Origin: an uncultured bacterium
Lineage (GTDB): Bacteria; Margulisbacteria; Marinamargulisbacteria; SXXA01
Assembly: GCA_903864835.1 (NCBI GenBank)
Contig: CAIPHK010000041.1
Span: forward strand, 25,693 to 89,692
Direction: 5' to 3'
DNA length: 64,000 bases
The stretch's first letter is position 1. Every line of letters starts with the position of its first letter. The position numbers were made by a program, and so were the translations under genes. Shown piece by piece: positions 1 through 12,000 of the stretch. The notes beneath the pieces were generated by a model. The model ran no database searches. It worked only from the letters and a program-made list of their open reading frames with translations, and had not been told where the DNA came from.

Positions 1-3000
1 ATTCTGCCGGTATCAAAATCAGCGATTTGTCCCATCCGTTCTTGGGCAATAAAGGAATCCACCATCGTCTTGGTCGAGTCAACCGTAGCCAATGTGTCCA
101 TCGACAACTCATCTGCACCCGACGCTGCTGAGGCCGCACCCAGTGCTTTCGACAATCCCATCAACCCTTGGGAATCCGACGGTGCCAAATTTTTGGTGAG
201 CCCGGTTAACAACGTATTTGCATAATTCGGCGCAACGGTGTCTAAGTCCTTGATTAAAATTGCCGCGCCATTCGGGTCGACTCTGGCAAAATCTTGAAAA
301 TCAGACCGCGCTTTATCGACCGCCGCCGGCCCACCCGTCAACATGATTTTGGCCGTCGTTTCCCTATCTTTTCTGGACATCGGGGCAAGGGGTCGGTCCC
401 CCTGGTAGCCTACCTTAATGGCGGTCACAAACCCTTCCTCCTTGCTCGACATTGCCGCTTTTACGTTGGGATCAGATTGGGCCGCGATCACCTGCTCGAT
501 AACTCTTTTGAACTCGTCCGGTGTATTAAGGGTGGGATCACTACTTCCTTCATCAATGCGAAGCCCCTCCGCACCGACTTTATACCCCAGTTTTTCAAGA
601 CTATGCATAACGGTGTCATCACCAGATTCCAATTTCAGCATGGTTTCGAGAAGGCGTTTTGCACCGGGCAAATACATTGCGGACCCTTCGGCTAATAATT
701 TAGCCAATAACCCGGCGCCCTCTGGGTCGGTCATTACCGCCGCCAACTTTGCGGGGGATCCCCCCAACTCGTTTGCCATAGATACCAACGCTTCGTCGCG
801 ATCCAGAGTCCCCCGCATCTCCGTCAAATGGTCGTCACTCATCTGATGCAGCTCGTCAGGTGCCGATTTCCCACTCAGCGCATCCGCGAAAATGGCCCTG
901 GCCTCTTGCTGCGCCTTTTTGTCCAATGACACCGTTTTGATAAATTGTTCGGACCGAACATCAGCTTGTCTCAAATATTGCTCAAACTCTTGCTGCTTAC
1001 CCAATCGACGCACTTCAAATCCCACCATCTGAATCACCATTGCGCCCGCTTCGCCACCGGTTCGTTTAATATTTCCCAGTAACTGGGTAATAGAGCCAAA
1101 ATCACCGGACGACGATAATTCAACGACCTGTCGCGCCACCGCATTCGCTCGCTTGGTCAGCTCAACATTGGCCGCCACTGGGTCGGTGTTGAATTTGCGA
1201 CTTAGGGAACTAAAATCGCTATTGAGGTGCATCTTGGTGTCTTTTGAATACGCCTCATACTGTTCTTTTCTAAGAATCATTCGGTCTTGCATTGTCTCCA
1301 CACGCAAGGGTTTTTCGATTCCGCGCTGAATCATTTCTTTGATTTCGATCACCATGTCGGCGACCCCATGGGTATCGCCGCGCTTCAATCGGGCCCGAAT
1401 TTCATCAGGAACTGCGGCTCCCGCCGCCGTCCTATCTGCGGATAAGGCTAAATTATGAAGGGCCAGCATCGATTCCCCTGACGTTGTTGCCAGAGTTGCT
1501 GGACGCCCTGCCCTCGAAATTCCAGAAACCATATCGCTTAGAAACTGACTCGGCAAATCGTTGCTGGCGTGGATCTGCCGCTCTGCAGCCTGATTATCAA
1601 TATGATCAAGCAAGGTATTCAGATCAGCCCCCGCAGAAACGTCGTCTGTTGCCCCTCCCATAGCCGTCGCCATACCCCTGATAAACGCCTCTCGCGACTC
1701 CGCGGTCATCGGCTTTTCTGATACAGAAAACTCCCTCACCTTAGCGGCGATCTGCACCAATTGTTCCCCGACCTGCGTCGCCTGCCCCGTCCCTAGTGTT
1801 CCAGTTTGAGTTTTAATCTCCTTAATTCGAGCAACAGCATCTTCGATTACGGTTGCCCCCCAATCTCTAGAACGACCATTTCCCTCAGCTCCCCCGGTTC
1901 CCACTTCACGCCCAACGATTTCAGCACCCGCAGTCACTGCAAACTTAGCAAAGTTTATTAACTGGGCATCCAATTTCTTCTCCGCCTCCGCTAACGCGTT
2001 TACTGCAAATAGTTGTTCAGCCCCCTTCAGCCGTGATGGAAGGTAGCGGCCCGACAACGTCGGGGCATCTACCCGGTCACGAGCCGCCTCAAACGCCGCA
2101 ACGGCTTTGTCTAACGAGACCTGCGCACGATCCATTCCACCCGCCCCCGTACCACCCGCAGCTACGGACTGCATCAACTGGGTCATTGCGCGTGGATCAA
2201 GCGCGCTGGTCATCCGGTCCATATCCGTTTCTTCCATATGCAGCGCTAATTTACCAAAGCCCTCAATACTACTGAGCTGGCTTGCAACCGCTCCGGCCAT
2301 TCGGGCTTCTACGGCTTGCACATTGGATGAATCGACGAATCCTTCACCATCAGTAACCGCTGACCGCTGAAAAACAAAATCGGCCACCTGACCACGCCAC
2401 CCTCTTCCCATAGCCGCCCGACGGACGTCCGATCCCCCCGACCCTAACGAATCCGCAAAAGTGTCCCCGACCTGTTTCGCGCTCACTCCAGGTCCTCCGC
2501 CAAATAAAACATCGGAAATCGAGTGTTTGATCCGAGTCCCTACATCAGCATCATCCGCGGTAACTTCAGATCCTCCGCCAAAAACAACATCGGAAATCGA
2601 GCGTTTGATCCGAGTCCCTACGCCAGCAGCCATCGTTAAGCCCGCAGTTCGGCCAACCTCCGCCCTCGGGTTGGCTTTTTCAACGGCAGTAGACACCGCT
2701 TCTCCCAAACCGCTCATTACCTCGTCATTACCGGAATATCGAGCAATCGTTACTTCCATCATCCGTTTAAACCTCGCGGACCCGTACGCCTTGTCTTGAA
2801 CCGCAAGATCTTGCATGACCCGAGACACCAATTCTCGTCCCGATTTGCCCGCACCCAAGGCTCCCTTGATCATCTCTGATGCCCGTTTTTCGTCGCGAGA
2901 CACAATTAAATTAGTTAGCTCTGCCCGGAACACGGTTTCCACGTGATTCATCATGTGCAAGTTGAGATCCCGACCTTTTTCCATCTCCTGGGTGGTGGTA

Positions 3001-6000
3001 TAGCGATTACCCTCCCCTAGAACCGATTCTGAATCCAGTCTAAACACCCCGCCATCACGGAATCCTTCCTTTAAGGTTCCGTCGAGCTTCCTTACCGCAT
3101 CCTGCGCGTCTGCAAATACAATCGCAAGATCCTTCCCACGCGCCTCGAATCGAGTGGTACCCAATGCAGAATCTTTAAAATCTAAAAAACCAATCGCCGC
3201 TCGCCGGCGATCAAACCCACGTCCTTCGGCGGCATATGCATCGTCGCGTTGTTTGCCAATCTCACGCCCATCATGGGCAAGAAAACGGAAGGCTACATTG
3301 GTCAAATCACTTCTCTGCAAGGCATTCTCTTTCAAAGAAAACGAATACGCTTCCAGTGCACTTTGGCGCACGGCTAACCCCGTATCTTCCACTTTTACGA
3401 GAAGTGCCAAAACGGACGCCGCCGCAGTTTCGTTTCCATGCGCCTTGGCAATCGCAAGCAGTTTCTCTCCCCGTTCCTTTTGAGCCGTCATCAAGTCCCC
3501 CTTGCTCACCGATACTTTCAGGCGGTCCATCAGATCTTGAGTCGCTTTTCCGGTTAAGACATCCATCACCCGTTGGGCTTTTGCACTATCCCCTTTAAAC
3601 TTGTCGTTCAACTGGGTCATGAGTGTGGCCTGAGCAGCCGCATCTCCTTTAAATTTTCCAAGCGCTCTCTCATCCAACGCATGGGTCCCAACATCAGAGT
3701 CCCCTTTATTTTTAAATTGAGCGCCTCGACCCCCTAAATTGCCAGTCGCTCGACCTACCCCCCGAACCGCCGATCCAACCGCCGATGCGACCGCCGAAAT
3801 AGGGCCACTGCCTACCCTAATATTGCCTCGAGAATCAGTGTCTGCCAGGTTCAAGGTCACTAGCGATAAAAATCCACGGCCGGCCGTCTGAACGCCTCTG
3901 AGGTCCGTAGGGACCACGCTGCGGGAATCGCCCAACCCGTTGGCATCGAGCACCGCCTGAGCACTTTTTAAATCAGCGCGAGACAATCCCGACTGATCCA
4001 AGGTTGTCCCCGCGAGCCGTGCACTCACAGCCAAACTCATGTTATAGCTCGACATCCCGATAAGGGTTTGCTCCAAACTACTCAACGCCACCGCAATATC
4101 TCGTTGAAGATTGAGTTTTGATTTGCTGTCCTGAAGGAACAACGCGTCCCCGGTTGTTTCAAATTTATTCCCCGCACCATTGGGCCCCAAAGCGGCCTGA
4201 ACCTTGGCATCTGCAAAATTTAAGGATGAGCCCTTCTCGATCAAAATGGTCCGTTCGCTCCCTGGGATATCGGCACCAGTATGATCTTTTTCTTTTACAG
4301 TATGGGCCTCAAAATTCGATAGGGATTCCCCTTCTAACCGTGCCCGAAGGACCGGATTACCCGTCGCATCCATGGTCAATACCTTGGCACGCTCCAAATT
4401 CTGCGTTGGGGCCAACGCAGCGGTACGGCGGTCCATCAAAACCTGGCTCTCCGGTGACAGCGAAAAACGTGCCGCCACGGGATCTTTTACATCAACGCCA
4501 AAGTGGGCCTGAACCTCATCCGACGCCAAGTCGACATGAACGCCCCGTTCCATCAATACCGTCCGAGAATCTCCTGGGGCTCCCCCTGGGCGGGCCATCG
4601 TCACCCCCACAAATTTACTCAAGTCACCATCCTTCTTGGGATCCAACGCACGCAGTATGGTTTTGCCATCTTTATCCACCGTCGCCACAACAAACGTCCC
4701 GGCGGTGGTATTTGCGACCCCCTGCAAATGGGACTCTGCGTGAGCGACCACCTCTTTTTCCAGAGCACGATCTTTCAAGAATCCACTAGCCCCATCCATT
4801 TCGTCATGAGCCGCCTGTACGTCAATTACGGCACTTCCACGAGAGAGGGCGACTGCAACCGATGAGAGACTACTGTCCGACCCCGCCTTGGTCGTCAGAG
4901 TTCGGTTGCCGGAGGCATCCTTACCCACAGTAACGATGAGATCCTCGGCCTCTCGACGAACAGGCAGCATCTGAGCGACTTGGCTGGCTGACCCAGTCAA
5001 GAACTTCATCGCGGTGCCCGTAGCAGCCGCAGCGGCCGCCGAATCGCTGGCCATTGAAACCTCTAATTGGCCGATCTTGGCGCCCAACTCCGCGGAACGA
5101 AGGTCCTTTTCCGTCGATTTATCAAAGAATGCCTCAGTCGCAATATGGAGACGTTGTTCTTTTTCTTTGAGCTCTTTTATTTCTTGGACTAACGTCTCCT
5201 GTTTGTCAATCCGGCGTTGAGCGTCCTTTGATGCATTCATCTCGAGTTTAGCGACACCCTCCAGCCTAAGCGCTTCCTCATTCCCGGCAGCACGATGTCC
5301 GTTTGCGGCAATAGTGAACTTCGCATCTTTACCCGCCTGTTCCTCTTTTTTAACAAGCTCCAACCTTACATAGCTAAGCTCTGCAGAAGTAGCATGTCCA
5401 CTATCCCAAGCAGCGTCGCCATCTGCGCGAACCACAGCTAGTTCCGCCCTTAATGCAGCCAGTCTGACAGCAGGGCTCGCAAGTTCCTCAGAGAGGGCGA
5501 CTGCAACCGATGAGAGACTACTGTCCGACCCCGCCTTGGTCGTCAGAGTTCGGTTGCCGGAGGCATCCTTACCCACAGTAACCGACATTCCTCGCAATTC
5601 TCTGTCGGCCGCAACCAATTGCGCTACTTGACTTGCGTGCCCCATTAAGAACGTACTTGCAGTACCTGTAGCGACAGCCAATGTCCTTGACTCTTTCTCC
5701 ATTTGAGACGCAACTACTTGCTTGGATAGATGAACTTCCTCGGCGGACAACTCCTCAATCCTAGATTTTAAGCTTAACTCCGTACTCGACGTTTTTTTGG
5801 AGTCTGCAGTCAATGTGTTTACCACGATCTGTTGTGAACGAATTTCCGCTTTTTTTTCCGCAATGGCCCTGGCCTCTGGGGAATTCTTATATTCTTGTAA
5901 CAACTCCTTGGATTTATCCAAGTGTGCCTGAGAACGCGCCGCTACATCCGCGATCCCTTCCGTTTTTGTAGAAATCTCATTCGTTTGCCTGGCAACTTTC

Positions 6001-9000
6001 GCTTCGAAATCTGATACAACTGCCCGTTGATCATTGGCGTTGGTACGATGCTGTGCAGCGTCACTCTCAGCCTTTTCTACCATTTGCAGCCTTAACCCTG
6101 CTCTAGCGACACCGTTGGCTTCTAAGTCTAACGCATCAGCCCTCATTTGGGTGGCTCTTGTGCCAGCATCGTCCGCCAGGCCTTGGGATTCAACTGCCTT
6201 GGCCAAAGAGTCTCGTTCTCTGCCTTGAAATTTCGATAATTTCGTCAGTTGTTTGCTTAACTCTAAGTTCGTTGTTTTTAATTCTTTATTTGTATCATCT
6301 AATATTTTTTTAACAGCAGAGACCTCTAATTCAGCCTTCTGCTTTAAGTAGGCAAGAACTGCCGTTGCTTTCGCAACCTCCCTCTCCCTGGTCTTACGTT
6401 CCTCGTAGCTACTTACGTCAAGATTTATGAGAACCCCACGAAGACGAATAACATGTTGCTCAGCTACTACGGCTGCCCTTTCCTTTTTAATAGCGCCGTT
6501 AACATCCGGTTTACCTTTAGTTCGTAATACGCTCGCTTCAATTCTGAGTTTAGCTTCCTCTGCCCTTTTTTCATCGAGTTGCCGGCGAAAGGTATCTGCA
6601 GGTGTTTTGGCGGCCTGTAGTGAACGCTCTGCCCGTTTTAATTCTATTTTGGCCGCATTAAGCCTTGTCTCAGAATCCGATTTTAACTGATTAAGCTCCT
6701 TCTTCTGTGCGACCTCCGCTTCGGAAAGGCCTCCGAATCTGACGTTGAGATCCGTAACCGCTTGCTGGTGAGTTTTGACGGCAGAACCATGCTTAAGGGC
6801 ATCGGCGCCATGCTCAGCGGCTTCGGCAAGATGTTGTCCCGCCTTTAAATCAGCCCCGTCCGCGTTTCTTCTCATCAATGCAACGAAGTCAACACTCGGG
6901 CGACCGGCTGTGACTTCTGCTCTAAGTTGTTTTGCTTTTTCGTCCTCCTGTGCTGCAATCGCCTCCAACTTCTCGGATTTCCTCTGAGCAAGTCTTAACT
7001 GTAATTTATCCTTCGCTAATTGTTGCGTCATCCCCTGTAACGTTTTATTGGCTGCGTTGGCCTCCATGGCGAGCGCCGTACCCAACGATTTTTCTTGAGC
7101 GCCACTTCCCCGGCCTCCGCTGCCCCCCGCAGGAAGCGCCGCTTCCAACGCTCTCAGTTCACCTTCCTTGGTCTTTAAAACACCCGATGCCGCCGTTAAG
7201 TTCGTATGTACCTCAGCCTCACGCCTTAACTGTGCCAGATCCCACCTAACCTCCCCCAATCGTTTACCTTGCGCTTCGGCAACGGCACTTGCCGAAGCGC
7301 CGCCAGGTACCGCCACACGAATCTGTTGGGCCGGATTATCGGGGTTAGTCACTAGGACTTCGGTATGAGTTGAGGGATCAACACGATCCACCAGTTGTGC
7401 CGTCATCTTGTCATTTGCACCTTGGACCATCTGCACGATCGGAGCATCGCCTACACCCGCCCCCGCCGCACCATGGGTTTGAGCAAATAGCCCCGCCAAC
7501 ACCCGCGGCCCCGCCTCCATATGAACTTCAGTAGCGGCAGCGGCAGCGGCCCCGCCCTTCGTTTGAGCATCCAAATCTACAACGGTTACTTTCGATCCAG
7601 TCGGTGATACCGTCGTCGCAGCATTTCCTCGTGCGATCGAGTCCTGGATTTTTGCACTCGCCCCCTGCACCTTCGCGAGCAATGCATCGGCTTTTGCTTG
7701 AAACCCTTTTCGATCCGCCGATTCCGCCATATTCGATGCCAAGGCTTTAAGCCCAGGAGACAACGTCCCCCCGCCAGCCTTTGTAAATTCGGCCTCCAAT
7801 AATTGGGTCCTCGCACCCGCATCCAGCCCCATGAAATAGGCGGTATACTTGCCATCTTTCATGATCGCAGTCGACGCCCCTGCTTGATTCTTTATCGCTC
7901 CGCCAACATAAGATGCGGCACTACCCATTCCCCCAACGACCGCCCCACTGCCACGCCACAGGCCCCCCGCAACAGACCCAAGACCATTTCGTATTCCGCC
8001 GATTGCCGACATCCCGGCATTCCTCATCGCACCCGGCGCAGTTATTGCACCGTACGCACGGCCCATTGCACCGGGAGCTGCGATCGCGCTAGCGGCCCCT
8101 CCTATTCCGCGAATGGCCGCGCCACCGAGGCTGAAGACCCCCCGACCCAGGCTCAATGCCCCCCGAACACCCGCCGTCACCGGCTTCAATTCCGGAAGCG
8201 CACTGGATCCCACCGCCATATTTTTTAAGGCAAGGGCAACTACGGTATCATCCGCGCCCAGCGTCGCCGCCGCGCGCATAATCCCTGATTTACTCCCGGT
8301 TGATGTATCTAATAGAACTTGAAGATCTTTTTTAGCATCCTTAAACGCCGCCAACGCCTCAGGTGCATCCAATTCCCGGCCCTTAATCGATTTTTCAAAT
8401 CCGTCCATCTTCTCCAATGCATCTCGGCCCTGGATAATCCCCACCAACCCCGCCTCAGCGGCACCCATCTGTCCCTCAGACCGGGTACTTCCATTGCGAA
8501 CATCCTGCGCTTTCGCACGGGTCATCACCCCGGCACGAAGATCATCGACCACGGCCTTGGCCGTAACTGAGCCCCCCGCCGTCTTATTCACCCAATTCGG
8601 GTCATAATTCTTCGTGTCCGTCTTATCGTTCTTCTGCTTGTTAAGGTTCGCGACTTCGATATGCTCTTTTGCGACTGAATCAGCCACCCCCATAATCAGC
8701 TTCTGAATCAACCGTCTTTCCGCGTTTGACTGACCCGAGGGACCGCCCTTCCCGCTCAAGACGTCAAACATATTCCGCCCCACGCTGGCACGCTCCCCAA
8801 GTCGAAGTCCTTGTCCACCCGGTTGGGGAGCAGGGGCCGCGGTCTGTGTCATTGCGTCCATCACCATTTTGGTTAACGCCTCTTCACCGTGCTCTTTTAC
8901 CAAGTTATCTGCCGCTTTATCCTCTTCTACTTTGGCATTCTTCTGCACATGATCTTGGATGGCTTTTTTTGCCATCCCTTTCAGTTTATTCGCAGTGGCA

Positions 9001-12000
9001 GCCCCCGCCTGGTCATATATTTGACCCAAGTCCAAAAGTTGCTGCTGCCGGACCTGATACCCAAACTGGAGCAATGAATTGGCAAACATGGCGGTTTCAA
9101 GCTGCCCAGTGTCCAAAAAGCCCAGGCTCCCTTCGGTCTTTCCTCCTTTGGCTGGCGCCCCTGATTTCTCTCCCCCCTGTTGTTGGATGTTACCCCCGTC
9201 ACTCAAATAATCCCCTTCTTGCAACCCAAAATCGGCCTCGTCCGTCGAAAACATGGGGGACTGCGCGCCCATCAGACTGTCAGGCGCTAGGGCTTGAGAC
9301 AGGGCTTCCACCATGATCAAGGCTAACGTTGGCCCCATTAATTCCAATACATCTGCGGCAATTTCCCAATTGCGTGCCTGCGCATTTAATTGCTCAGAAC
9401 TCGATTTTTTGGCATTTTGAGAAATATCTCCACTCGCCTTTTTATCGGTAGACGCCGGTTTCTCGGCAGGCTTTTCCGTGTCCTGAGATCCTTCTACATT
9501 GTCGTCAACCCCAGCCTCTTCCGTACTCCCACCGGTTTTCGTCGCCGTTTGCTGTTTGGCTTTTTGTTGCAGGTCACCGGCCTTGTTGGCCATTGCCTTC
9601 GCCCCCTCCTGCACCGCGGTGGTCATGACGCCCGTCACCCCTTTTACCATCATGTCGACGCCTCGGTTATACGACTCTACCTCAGCGCCTAGCGCTTTAA
9701 AAATAATGCCAACGGCTTGCTGTTCTAAGTTCGTTTGTTGACTCAGAATAGAATTCATCCCCCGGTACACATTTTTAGCCGACGGCCCGCCCCCCATATC
9801 CTCTGCAGCGTCCCCTTTTGCATCCGACATGGCCATAGAAATATCTCGCAATACCTGGATGGAGCGGGACTTTCGACTCACCAGTTTCTCCATTCGCACC
9901 TGATCTCCGGTGTTTACCTTTTGTTTAATCCCTTGGGATTCCTTGCTGCCAGACCCATCTAAGCCCAAATTGGGGGCCGCCCCCGTCTTTGTTCCGCCAT
10001 CCGCCGGGTTTTTGGCATCAAAATTAACCGAGCTATCCGCAGGGGTCCCCCTCAGCTTGGCATTTTTTTTCTGCTCCGCCTCAGAGTCATTGGGATTGAC
10101 TGGCGCCTCTTCCGGATCCTCTTCATAATTCAATAGTTCGGATGTAATTTGTGGATGGTTCGCAACAACGGATTTCATCATGGCAACGCCCACCGCAATT
10201 CTTGCAAAATTCGCAGCTAACCCCGCGATCATTGTGCCGCTGACCATCTTCCGTGCCATTTTCAAATAACTGGCATCGGACAACCCCCCTGACTTGGCCA
10301 ATTTCACCGCTTTGGTATACGTCCGAGCCCCCGCAACACCCGCAAAGATAAGGTTGGCCGCAATCAGACTCCCCTCAATCGAAGTATTAATCTCGCCCAA
10401 AGTCCGATCATTAATCGCGCCCATGCGGGACTCAGCTTCCGAAATAAAATCCTGAAATATGCCCGTTTGTCCGACCATCGAGCCCATGATCGACCCCACA
10501 TATCGATCAATCCCGGAGGCCATGACACTTAATGCCCCATGTCCCCCTCCCGCATTCCCCCCGAACATTGATCTCAGCGCATTCTGCTTCGCGTTATACA
10601 TTGCTTGATCAATCATCGTCATAAAGGTTCGGACTTGATTGATTTGGGTCATTTGTTTGTACGCATCAAGTACTTTTTCAAAATCTACTTGCTGAAAATT
10701 TCCCCCAATGCCCGCAAGACTACTCGAATCCGTCAAAATCGTATTAGGATCTTTAATACTATTGAGTATCTGAGCCTCTTCTTCGTCCATCTTGGCGTAC
10801 TTCCCATACTGAGAGGCAATCCGAGCGACCGTCCCGGACGCCACCGGAGACGGGAACAAATTGGGATCCATATTTAAATTTTCAAATATTTTTGCGTTCG
10901 AGGTCTTTTCTTGATCAAATTTATCGGGGTCTGCGTTCTCCAGCCGAGATACAAAATCCTTGTTCACCGCAGAATTCTTGTATGGGTCGGTGGAATCATA
11001 ATCAATGTTCGTGAATCCAAATTTCCCCCAAGTTCTATTGGCTAACATCGCAGCTTCTTCCGCAGCAAACCCAAATTTAAGGCCCTCTTCAACCGCAACA
11101 TACGTTGTAAACAACACGGCCTCTCCCAAAGGTACCGGGACAATGGAATAAAAAAATTCGCCGAGGGCCCTGGCGGTTTGAACCACTGCTTTTGCGGTGG
11201 CTCGTCCCATTTCAACCGTTTGGTTGTATTCCTTTTGTTCTTTGGCCCACTGGCTATTAATCGTCGCCACTCGGGTTTGGGTTTCATACCGAAATGTATC
11301 GATAATGCTCGATTCTTTACCAATAATCGCATCCACTTGGCCATCAAAATTGGATACGGTCGACGTTTTTCCACGACCAAACATTGTTGCTGTCACACCC
11401 TCCATTGCGTCCTGGAGGACCTTCAGGATACTCAGATAGATAGACACCCTCATATAGTTTGTCGACGTCGCTAACTGATGGGAGGCCATCGCATCCCCCT
11501 TTAGAACCGCCCTGCCATCCCCACGAGTCGCAATAAAGTCGGTGGTCGACATATTTGTTTCGCCATTTTTTCCGTCTTGCAACGAATACGTAAATCCGCC
11601 ACCTGCATCCAGGCTGCTAGCCCCTTTTGCGCTATCGTATTGGGTACGTGAGTCATATAACAACGAATCCATTTTTCCGATGTAATAGTCTGCGGTGGAT
11701 TCATCGTAAGGATTCACACTGTCCTGATTGAGCTTCGCTAGGTTCGCATCCTTAAGCAACTGCTCCGCATTAGCGCTATTTCCATAAAAATCGCCCTCTT
11801 GGACCATTAGATTGGTATTTCGTTCCTTTATCTTATTCAATTCCAAATCATAATAAATGCCTTGGGCAATCGCGCTCATACCTGCCGATGCCGCATCGGG
11901 AACCGCATTCGACCAATAATCGCCGTTTATTTCCCCGAACAACACCCAACCTACGGGATCAATAGGGACAAAGAGGGGGGGAGGGGCAAACACAATCAAG

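Noticed and set aside
2493-5582. Repeats in the giant gene as a possible CRISPR array
   Set aside because: Only two copies each, unequal unit lengths, in-frame coding sequence, and no repeat-spacer regularity or cas genes.
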